The translations under genes were made by a program, and so were the position numbers. From NCBI GenBank assembly GCA_000002445.1, contig AE017150.2, positions 128,001-192,000 on the forward strand: 64,000 nt of DNA, in the 5' to 3' direction. The notes beneath the pieces are model-generated. The model was not told where the DNA came from. It saw only the letters and a program-made list of their open reading frames with translations, and searched no databases. Below, in pieces: positions 49,801 to 59,260 of the stretch (positions are counted from its first letter, which is position 1; every line of letters starts with the position of its first letter). The stretch comes from Trypanosoma brucei. Its lineage: Eukaryota.

Positions 49801-50580
49801 GCGTGTCGCAACAGTTGGGACTGTTTGTATTGTTGGTCCTATCGCTGCATGTTGCGGGTTACACCATCGGCACTGTGGAGGCACACTCGGGTTGATCTTC
49901 CGCACCCTCTTGAATTGCATACTGCGGAATACTGAAAGAGTTATATGGCCAACCCTTCTGCGAGGTGAGCACAGCAATCTCTAAATTACCGTGACGAGGC
50001 AGTGGGTCGCACAAGTCAAAAGGCGTGTGACTGACATTCACCTCCTCTTCTGTCCACAACTCGGGTTTGCCGTCACAATTACCCACTACCTTCATGCCAA
50101 GAGGTAAATCATTGTGACCCGACTCCACATAACCCCATGTCGCATTGTATATGGAATCATATACTCCTTTCAGTTCTGCACCACCAGCTGTTTGGTCAGC
50201 TCGTTCCCTTGCCTCTTTGGCAGTATCCAATGCCGCATCCAGCATTGCTCTCGCCCTGGGACCAACAAATTCCCTTATTTGCGCTTTTGCCATCTCCTCC
50301 CATTGCTGCATGTCTTAAATTCTATTACGAGGCAGATCAATAACTGCCCTTGGTAATTGAAACTCATCAAGCCGCTGTATCCTGTATTTCTTCAAGAACA
50401 TTAGCATTAATATATTTTCCCGGATTCTGAACAAACAAAAACATGGCCACATTCTCTGTTTTATACGTGTTTGAGAAGTATTGATTCAAAATTTCATGCA
50501 GTTTCATTTCATCCAAGCTCGCATAATCTTCCAGCAGCACATCCTCAATAGAACTGTTAATTGATCAAGTTGGCCCTTTT
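46885..50580 (-). pseudogene. RHS pseudogene B, paralog of A. The C-terminal part (46885..48323) and a degenerate N-terminal part (about 49930..50580, start codon lost, internal stops) are separated by an ingi 3' fragment.
   Basis: The C-terminal ORF 46885..48285 is about 85% identical at the protein level to the A C-terminal part. The N-terminal ORF 49859..50311 (MQQWEEMAKAQIREFVGP...YNATWGYVESGH...NLEIAVLTSQKGWPY) matches the A N-terminal part. Upstream of 50311 similarity continues, but with stops. Confidence 0.8.
48336..49930 (-). mobile_element. 5'-truncated ingi retroelement remnant. It comprises the RIME-identical 3' half with poly(A) (48336..48584) and about 1.35 kb of ingi-internal 3' sequence (48585..about 49930). 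The internal part includes a C2H2 zinc-finger ORF (48838..49977).
   Basis: TSD TGTATAACAGTA at 48324..48335, at the same hot-spot nucleotide as in A. The next about 249 bp are about 97% identical to the poly(A)-proximal half of the RIMEs. Similarity to RIME stops exactly at the RIME midpoint (48584 vs 14430), which is where ingi's 4.7-kb internal segment is inserted. The ORF shows at least four C-x2-C-x12-H-x4/5-H fingers (CTECDATYQCRSSAVTHMVNKH, CTICASKFAVPGRLLHHLRTIH, CDLCEASFGTRSSLSLHKKFKH, CGVCQKVLSCRDSLIRHCKAFH), as expected for the C-terminal domain of the ingi/L1Tc-type ORF. Assignment of the internal part to ingi is by context, not by remembered sequence. Confidence 0.6.
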
Positions 50581-51638
50581 TCGCCTCCACGCAGTCAATT
50601 CAAAAAATATATTGCCGCATGCAACCTATTACTATGGAAACGCCTTATTGAATTCCACACTTCTGAAAACTTGCCCCCTGATTCTTCACAAGCTTGCGAT
50701 AAAAGCATAAACAAAAATAGAATCAGAAACAGAGACAGAGACAGTTTACACTGTAGAAAAGGACACCACAGTGAGTCACTCATTCTAGGAAGATAATCAC
50801 AAAAGCAAACACCCTCAAAAAGACAGCTCAGCGCCATAAAGCAGAACCTACTTACTACTAATAAGGAGTTGTGCCCCTTCCCTGCCAGTAAAGACACAAC
50901 ATTCCCCAACAAACACAGTGGAAGATCACAAGACTTATGACCCCTCCATACTAACCTAAACAAGACAGCGTGAATCACAATTGCATGCAATGCGCTAAGA
51001 ACCCAAAACGGTTCCGCACATTTGCCTCTGAGGATCCCTACTCAATCGCACCCCTACGCGGGAATCAATATTCTGCCTGTCACAAAATAACACAGCGGAC
51101 AGCAGAAGGAAAGGGGGAAAATAAAGAAACCCATCACAACACATAAGGATTTTAATGGGAACTTAAAGGAAACCTTCTAGATGAGAATGCTAACACCCAT
51201 ACCACAACAGTGCTCACAATCCTCTTGTATATCAGTGTTTAATTAGTTTTTCACAAAATGATTTGATAATCGTAACGATTCAAGGAATAAAAAAATGTAA
51301 ATGATAAGACACGACGCAACAAGCTGCCACATTGCCATTAATGGATGTATGTAATACCATTGTTACTATCCATTTCATTGTGACAACACATGCAAAATAC
51401 AATCGATACCACGGATTTCGTACGCCTTCCGTCGTGCGGTGAATCGCAGAGTGGATGTAAACAGTTGCGAAAGGATTACACCAACGCAACTGCAAGTTCG
51501 TTATGCTGCCAGGAACCTGTCCAGGATATATGATGAGTGAACTCCATTACCCAGACAAAAAATGTGACGCCTCCTCTTGCCCTTTCATTCGTTCTTCACA
51601 GTGTTTACCTCGTTGTTGGCTTGCCTGAGGTTCGTCAA

Positions 51639-53663
51639 TTACCTTCGGCCCACAGCAGCCACCGCAAGCATTTTGGTAACTATGTTATCCTCATACTGCA
51701 CATGGTACTGCTGCACATTGTTCTTCCAGAATCCCTCCACAAACTGGTGACTGCGGTGCTTTGCCTTACCCTGCGTAATTTCACACTTCTGCTCAGACCT
51801 CATCGCTGTGGATTCGAAGTGCTGAACGTAAATGATTTCCCAGTGAAACATCTCAGTAATTTCCTTCAACTGTTCAACGGTAGCCTCATTCTGGTGACCT
51901 CCCCCCTCCGCACTTGGAAAGAGGGATTGTAACAAATGAATGAATTCGTCGGTTGCTGTGTCATGGCTGCTGGCAACAGTAAACTGCAACAACACAATAG
52001 TTTTCTTCCCTATGGTTCCTGAAGCCTGTGCAGCCTGCTTTTCATCAACAATAAAGAATGCATCCGCTACGGGGTAGTTGGGAATGCATGGCACATATAA
52101 TTCCACCGGAGCCCCCTTCGACTCAGCCCAGTTGATGTCACCTGACACTGTGTTTGGTCGACAAGCATTGAGGAGGTCATCCCTTACGTGTTGCAAAATG
52201 CTTTTGCGTGTCCTCGTGCGCCTGGCCCTTTCATTTGCTGGAAGTTTCGTTATTAGACTTACGAAGCAAGTTAACACTCTGGGGGAACACAAATATTTAA
52301 TTGCATTCTTCTCAAAATAATGCCCGATGACAGATGCGTCCCGCGTCATACCAGACACCAGTGCCCACTCCTCAGCAATGCCGGAAAACACTACATTCAA
52401 AATTCTTTTCTTTATAGATTCAGAGTGAGGTACGCATATGTATATCTCACTATTGTTTCTCCCACAGGCACGAACAATCTTCACGAGTTTGTGAGATGCG
52501 TCACTTTCTCTCCATCCGCCTTTGTTACCCACCACGCCAATATAGAGTTCACGTCGCTCATGGGATTTGATGGAATTTATTTCATTGTCTATGTCGTCCT
52601 CACGCGTGGCATGCTTTGCTTCATCGAACACATAACGAAGTGAAGGTCCAACATGCTCCACACGGTTCTCATACATGTTCCACTTTTCCCTCAACTCAAC
52701 AGGCGTGGCTTGAGGAAAAAGCTTGGGTCCCACACGTGAGAAGAAAGCCCGCATTTCACTCATTTCCCAGCAGTTAACAACAATACGTGCACATCTTTCC
52801 CTCTGCTGGAACCAGCTGTCAAAATTTCTTTCATTATGTGAACTGATCAAAATGCTTCCCCATTTTGGAGCCACATCTGCCGGTGGCTGCTCACCTTTGT
52901 TGACGAAGTCATAAATAATATAACCACGTGTATTAGATGATATATTCTTCATAAACGTTATAGCCGCTTCTTTACTGTACTCCCTAACTCTGCCAACGCC
53001 ACCACCACCTGATTTCTCAAATATATATGCGGCTACACCACGGAAGTACGCAACAACAGGTAACTCTTCCGCATCATAATGCAGTAACTTGTAGAGGATA
53101 AAAGAACCAAAATTCTGAGATTTTCCAATCCCCGGGTTACCAATGGCAAGGTATGATCGTGGAAAATAAAGACATCTTGGCATAACACGTTGTGTACGCC
53201 ATAATTCAATTCCACTCCTTACAACATTCCATACACGGAGCTCTTCTCTGCGAATGAATATGTCACTGTTACTTCCCCGGGCAAAGCCTGTATATGGCCA
53301 ACCCATTTCTGAGGTAAGAACCAACAGCTCAACTCCTTTAGTGCGTTCCGGCTTCTGTTCAAGAGCTTCCTCAATTTCAGGCACGACATTAACTTCCTCA
53401 TCCTTCCACATCAAACCCTCATTGGGCATTCCATCAACCAAGCTCATTCCCAATGTTTGAGTTCCATCGTCGATAATAATATGACTCAATTTCGCATCAT
53501 AAATGGTATCGTATAATTTCTCTTCGAGAGACTTGCCCTCTCCGGTTTCTGATGGGTTCTCGTTTTCTCGGCCGGCTTGTCTCTTCATCGGGCGGTACGC
53601 ACCATTCAACCATCCATTTAAAACATTCCGAGTATCTCCCACACTACCGCCGTTCTGATTCAT
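51639..53663 (-). CDS. RHS (retrotransposon hot spot) protein, apparently intact, 674 aa. Uninterrupted hot spot. Short N-terminal variant.
   Basis: ATG at 53663 (MNQNGGSVG...). Contains GNPGIGKSQNFGSFILYKLLHYDAEELPVVAYF uninterrupted at 53040..53130. Has the conserved RHS C-terminal motifs SHKLVKIVRA, PVADAFFIVDE and WEIIYVQH. No internal stop. Confidence 0.8.
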   Translation of the reverse strand: MNQNGGSVGDTRNVLNGWLNGAYRPMKRQAGRENENPSETGEGKSLEEKLYDTIYDAKLSHIIIDDGTQTLGMSLVDGMPNEGLMWKDEEVNVVPEIEEALEQKPERTKGVELLVLTSEMGWPYTGFARGSNSDIFIRREELRVWNVVRSGIELWRTQRVMPRCLYFPRSYLAIGNPGIGKSQNFGSFILYKLLHYDAEELPVVAYFRGVAAYIFEKSGGGGVGRVREYSKEAAITFMKNISSNTRGYIIYDFVNKGEQPPADVAPKWGSILISSHNERNFDSWFQQRERCARIVVNCWEMSEMRAFFSRVGPKLFPQATPVELREKWNMYENRVEHVGPSLRYVFDEAKHATREDDIDNEINSIKSHERRELYIGVVGNKGGWRESDASHKLVKIVRACGRNNSEIYICVPHSESIKKRILNVVFSGIAEEWALVSGMTRDASVIGHYFEKNAIKYLCSPRVLTCFVSLITKLPANERARRTRTRKSILQHVRDDLLNACRPNTVSGDINWAESKGAPVELYVPCIPNYPVADAFFIVDEKQAAQASGTIGKKTIVLLQFTVASSHDTATDEFIHLLQSLFPSAEGGGHQNEATVEQLKEITEMFHWEIIYVQHFESTAMRSEQKCEITQGKAKHRSHQFVEGFWKNNVQQYHVQYEDNIVTKMLAVAAVGRR

Positions 53664-54075
53664 TTCACTCTCCGAATAATAATCTTAACTGAGTGTGTTG
53701 TGTTATTTCCTTTCTTTGTAACATAAATAATAAAAAAAAATTAAGATGAGGGAATTTAAAATGGATACGCTTCTAAACCAAAGCAAATATACAATAAATG
53801 AATATCAGGAATTAATATGGCAGATGGAAACTATTTACTAAAATTGAGATTCAATACAAATCTTATCATGTGTTAAGAACTCACAGCAACTTAAGCACAA
53901 ATGAGGTATGACAGTATGAATAAACATTTCTGTTTGGAGGAAAACTCAAACAACAATTCCCATTCATAAAACACAATCATTTCAGAAAAAATAATATACT
54001 TAGATATATATAAGTATGTATTGAAAAGCAAAAAAAATAAATAAATGTGGCATTGCCATGAAAAACAGGAAATAA
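53664..54075 (-). repeat. Conserved RHS 5'-flank (5' UTR / processing region). Copy 1 of 2, with the second copy at 58845..59260.
   Basis: About 90% nt identity between 53664..54075 and 58845..59260, read by eye (cattcatttcactctcc[g/t]aataataatcttaa[c/t]tgagtgtgttgtgttatttcctttc...). Both lie immediately upstream of RHS ATGs. Confidence 0.75.
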
Positions 54076-57000
54076 TAGTTTTAGTGATAAGCTATGCAAA
54101 ACGTATACTCAGTTAAAGGTACTCATGTGCATAATGAAGGCGCTTCACATTAAGAAATAATACAAACAACTATCAGAATTTGCGTATAATCTCACACGAA
54201 CCGTCACTCGGAATGGCATTTTGTCATAACTTCCTAATGTGGAAAAACTACTTCTAATACATACTCTCACACTCCGAATCAGTACACAGTGTGCAAATGA
54301 AAGTACGAGGTATCAAAAAAAAAAAACAATAATAATCGCCGTAAAAAGTAAAACCAATGAAAATAAAATCTTATACATCAAAGAGGAAACTCTCACCTGA
54401 CGAACAAATGCTGCTCACTTTCTTTATTTAAGTGATCCTTTTTTTTTTTGCAGCCATGGAACCATGAATCTAAGAAATATATATGAAGGCACGAATGATA
54501 TTTGTTTTGCTTTGGTATTGGAGCATCTTGCCATGCGTCTGCTTTTGTGCCTTAGTGAACCTCAAAGAAACCAAAGGCTCACGGAAGGGAACAAATATAT
54601 TTGTGGGAATAATAATTCAATATTAGGCTTCTTTTGAGGAGTGTGCTGAGTGGAATAATGGTGAAAAAGAAGTATTGAAAATTTATGCCACATGGGCAAA
54701 TGCTTTACAATATTTTCTCGCTGTCTGAAAATATGAAATATAGGGAATATATAAGGAACCAGAAACATAGGGAATATATGAAGTATAAGGAAATATATCA
54801 AATATAAGAAAATATATGATATATTCTGAAGTGCCGGATGTGTTTGTGCGTGTCTTCGTATGTGTTCTCTGCTTTATATATCACTAAATATTTTACACAA
54901 TTCCTTTTACTTTGCGTATGCTAATCGCTTGTTTCTCCCTATATAAATTAGTGGAAATATCCATTAGAGAAATAATAATTTACTTTTTTTCTTTTCCCTT
55001 CTCTTCCTTTCCCGCTAATGTTTCACCGTCTATTTTCATTCCTTATAAATATTGTAAATTTCATTTTGTTACTGTAACTATTTCCAAAAAAAAGTGTAAG
55101 TAAGAAACTTTAGTATTACATATCATAATATCTCTAAACTCCTCTTTTGTCATGTTAAGCTACTAATATTTTTATTTCCCATTCATTTTATTCAGCAGAA
55201 CATACAAAACCCCTCAAAAGTCCTTCCTTGTTTTTTTTCCTCAACATCATAATATACCTTGTGGAATATACAAATATATAATAACCATAAATGTGTTATA
55301 CATCTTCACAACATCAGAAACTTCACAAAATAATTGTGTTCCTCAATAAGCAGTGGCTGTGTTTCCTTTTACTTTCTATCAGAGTCAAACTAATTAATTA
55401 ATTACTAATAACTTCCTCCAGATATATTGCTTCTATTTTCTTGGATTATTCAGCAGCGTAACACCGGAGTCTTGAAATAAAGAGTCACAGTTCAAAGAAT
55501 ACAAAACAGTAAAAAAAATTAACAGAGACTCGCACCTTCACATTTGGTTGCATTTGGATACATCAAACGCATTTATTCGCCTCCTTGTGTTTTCTTTTTG
55601 GGGTGGGAGGAGTAAATGCAAAATGTATCAAGTTGACGAGTAGCAGAAATACAACACTTGATATAATTTCACTTACATATAAGCTTTCTTTTCCAACTTT
55701 ATTCCAATTCATAATATTTTGATAGCAATGTAATGCAGTATTCAGCCATAAACATTTTAACCATAAATATAGTAACTAATGTGTGAATGGTAACCCATGG
55801 CGATACATTCCATATGGAACAATACCACATTGTTAAATATACGCATGGAATTAAAACTATAGCACTAAATTGAAAATGAAAAAATAAAAGAGAGAAAGAT
55901 ATGAATTATCAAGAAAGGCATATTCTTCACTAACATGCACTTGTTTCAATATAATCATAATTTGAAGTTACGCTAAATGATAAGTGACCCAATATTCTGA
56001 AATGACACAATAACAATGATTCCATTATAGCAACTGTAAAATAATGATATGCAATAAAATAAATGATAAAAATAAATTAAAATACAGCAAGCAGTGCAGA
56101 ATATATTCTATTGCTATATATAAACATTTGCAAACAGATGAATACCTTTACTCATTGGAAGAAAATAATTAAATTCAAACTTCCTATGATTCTGCCAGTG
56201 TTTGTCGGCTACATGTGGGACTCAAAAAAAACAAAAAGTTTATTTTAAATAAACATGAAGAAAAGAAAAACTTCGCATGAAACCATAAGGGTATCCGTGT
56301 GAGTTATTCGCTACTGTCAAACATAGTTAACTTCACAACCCTCAAGAAAGAGAGAAATAATAAAAGTAAAAGTAAAATTTCAAGTAAAAAAATAAAATAA
56401 AAAGTAAGGAAATATAACATAATTATGCTTAACTAACTGTAATGTGAGGAATGTAAAAATAACAAAATGTTACTCACAATTTAATGTTATCAATGTTTTC
56501 CTTCACAAACGAAAACTGTCACATCTCAATGTGTTCTTTCAAATTAATGTAACGGAACCAGATATGTTTGTATAATATTCTACAATGTCATTTGGCATAT
56601 CCGATGCTCACTCAAAAAAAAACTTATTCGTTTTGTTGCGATGTAGCTGTTGACAGTGTTGTGCTCTTTTTCTTTTATTTTATTTTTTTTTAACATACCG
56701 CTCCGCACTTCCGTAATCCCCTCAATATTCCTGCAGTTCCCATCATAAAAGATACAAAAGAAATCCATCAAAATAAAGTAACTGGAGTCCAAGATGCTGT
56801 AGAGCACAATGTATTTATTTTGAATAATGGAATCCTGTGATATCAAAGACAATCATCTGCAATGAATAAACTGAAACATTCATTGACTCATGCCACTAAA
56901 ATAATAATTAAATTGTTAAACACATGTTCCCATCGTGTGGTAAGTAATTCAAACAATTCTGTGGCCACATGAAATACTCGAAGAAAAAGGAAACGTATAC

Positions 57001-57096
57001 AATGCATAAGCCATTAGTAAAGTATAAATACAGTTTTTGGTATCGAATCCATCATATGTTACAAAGCCGCATTTCACTAACACACAAGAGCAAAAT

Positions 57097-58844
57097 TTAA
57101 CTCAACATCATATTTCGAATCATCAGTGATAGAGCTTGGCAACTGTACGATTCGATTCCTCCAACATTTGCCTTCACTCTTATAACCTTCACCAACTTGT
57201 CCGTAACTTCATTGTTCTTCCAGGCAGCCGTATGCTCAATAATATCATTATAGGAATATTCACCCGATTTCTTCATAGTTTCCAACGCATCATGAACTCT
57301 TTTCAGACGCCATTCATAACAGCTTAAAACAAATATATAACGAGGCAAAAGCCCAATTGAATTAATACGTCCCTCCACTATTCTTTACACTCATCTTCCA
57401 TTTCCTTCCTCAATTCGTGTCTTCTTCTGTTGGACACCTTTTCCCTTGCATGTATTGACAGTTTTTTCCATGCCACAAATGCCTTCATGTCACGCACATC
57501 ATCACAGTTTATAATAATTTGGCGGCCTCCCCTATTTGTAGTCCAGTTACCAAAACGGACACTATTCGGAGAAGTGAAAATAGTTACACCCCAAACATCA
57601 GAGGGAAGTTGAGTGTAAGGCTGCTGCGTTTCGTACCTTATGTCCATAATGATGTGTCCTCTGTTTTCAAATTTCATTTTATTTATGGCGTTGACCGCAG
57701 CTCTCAAATATTCGTACCGCACAACCCTTCCCTCTTTCATCACCCTTTCTGTTATATATTAAGTAGGCGATCGTGTCTGTGAAATATGCAACAACATCAA
57801 GCATTCCTTCATGGAAGTGAAGCAATGAATGAAGCAAAAATGATCCAAGGCCACATGATTTACCAATTCCAGACGTGCCAATAACAATATGTATCAGTGG
57901 TCTGTGAGCTGTCCTTTCCACCCACCATGTCTGCAGCCCTTTTTCGCCTTTATACCACACGCGCATAATTTCACGACGGATGTATACGTGCTGAAATACT
58001 GCTTTGCGCCCCGTAGTGTAATCCAATGCAAACCTGTTGTATGGCCAACCCTTCTCCGAAGTGAGAACAAAAATTTCCAAACCATCAGGCCTCTCCTCAA
58101 TCTCTGCATCAACATTGGTAGGATCACGAGTTACATCAACCCCCGCTTCGGTCCAAATGCGCTGTGGCCTTCCATCGAACACTTTCATTCCAAGTGGCTC
58201 TTCATTATAACCCGACATCACATAACTCCATTTCGCATTATATATGGATTCATACAATCCTTTCAGTACGACAGCACCACCAGCTGTTTGGGCAGCTCGT
58301 TTCCTTGCAATGCTTCCTTGAGTGCATTATCCAACATGTTAGTGACAATAATCCAAGTCTGCTCTCCATTTCTCAGTCCACGAATATCCGCCTGTAACCT
58401 GGCCTTTACTTCCTCATTTGCTTGTTGCCACTGCTGAAGATTTAATATTCCCTCTCTGAACAACAGGGGGTAAGCAGTAGCAAAAACTTTGTACGTCCAA
58501 AAGACAGGTAGAAAAAATATATCGTCCAGTATATCCTCTCTTTCAATGTATCGCTCCGGCTTTCTGGAAAACACAAACATTGATACATTATTTTCTTCAT
58601 TCACATTATATCTTCTGCCAACATTACGCCTCAAAAAATCATTCAACATCACATTTTCAGGATGTGGCAGACCTTTCAGCAAAACTGCTTCAACGCTGCT
58701 GAAAAGACTCCATTGTGGTTGGTTATTATTCTCCACTCGTTGCTGCACTGCTGGAGGTTCCGCATCGTTACGCGCAGCCTCCTCATGCCCTCGTCTCCTT
58801 CCCTCAATGTCACCCCTTCCTTCAATAGGAACCTGTTGATTCAT
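57097..58844 (-). pseudogene. RHS pseudogene D. Long N-terminal variant. Frameshifted around 58260 and 57740, stop at 57679, and truncated about 300 codons short of a full C-terminus.
   Basis: Consecutive minus-strand ORFs 58263..58844 (MNQQVPIEGRGD...), 57679..58257 (...GTSGIGKSCGLGSFLLHSLLHFHEGMLDVVAYF...), 57378..57743 (...IIINCDDVRDMKAFVAWKK...) and 57097..57378 (...TDKLVKVIRVK...) tile one RHS reading frame with shifts. The hot spot is uninterrupted. Same subfamily as the RHS at 62725... Confidence 0.8.
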
Positions 58845-59260
58845 TTCACTCTCCTAATAATAATCTTAATTGAGTGTGTTGTGTTATTTCCTTTCTTACT
58901 AACATAAATTTTAAAAAAGGGATAAAAGATGAGAGAATTTAAAATAGATACATTACTAAACCAAAGCAAATATAAAATAAATGAATATTAGGAATTAATA
59001 TGGCAGGTGGAAACTATTTATTGAAATTAAGATTCAATACAAATCTTATCATGTGTTGGGGCGTCACAGCAACTTAAGCACAAATAAGGTATTACAGTAT
59101 GAAAAAAATTTTCTGTTTGGAGGAAAACTCAAACAACAATTCCCAGTTACTTCACACCATCATTTCAGAAAAAACAATATGCTTATATATATGTATGTAT
59201 TGAAAACCAAAAAATAAATAAATGTGGCATTGCCATGAAAAAAAAAGTTTCACACGTGTG
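58845..59260 (-). repeat. Conserved RHS 5'-flank, copy 2 of 2 (see 53664..54075).
   Basis: See copy 1. Confidence 0.75.

Larger units (their letters stand above)
34328..50320. repeat. Segmental duplication copy B (paralogous to 1..16330). Differs in retroelement content at the RHS hot spot.
   Basis: Same anchors as copy A. The right boundary falls inside the RHS N-terminal coding region, where similarity decays. Confidence 0.85.

Noticed and set aside
48838-49977. 379-aa ORF with four to five C2H2 zinc fingers, which could be read as a host transcription-factor gene.
   Set aside because: It lies directly upstream of, and in the same orientation as, a RIME 3' half that begins exactly at the RIME midpoint. 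That is the ingi architecture. So it is most likely the C-terminal zinc-finger domain of a 5'-truncated ingi ORF, not a host gene.
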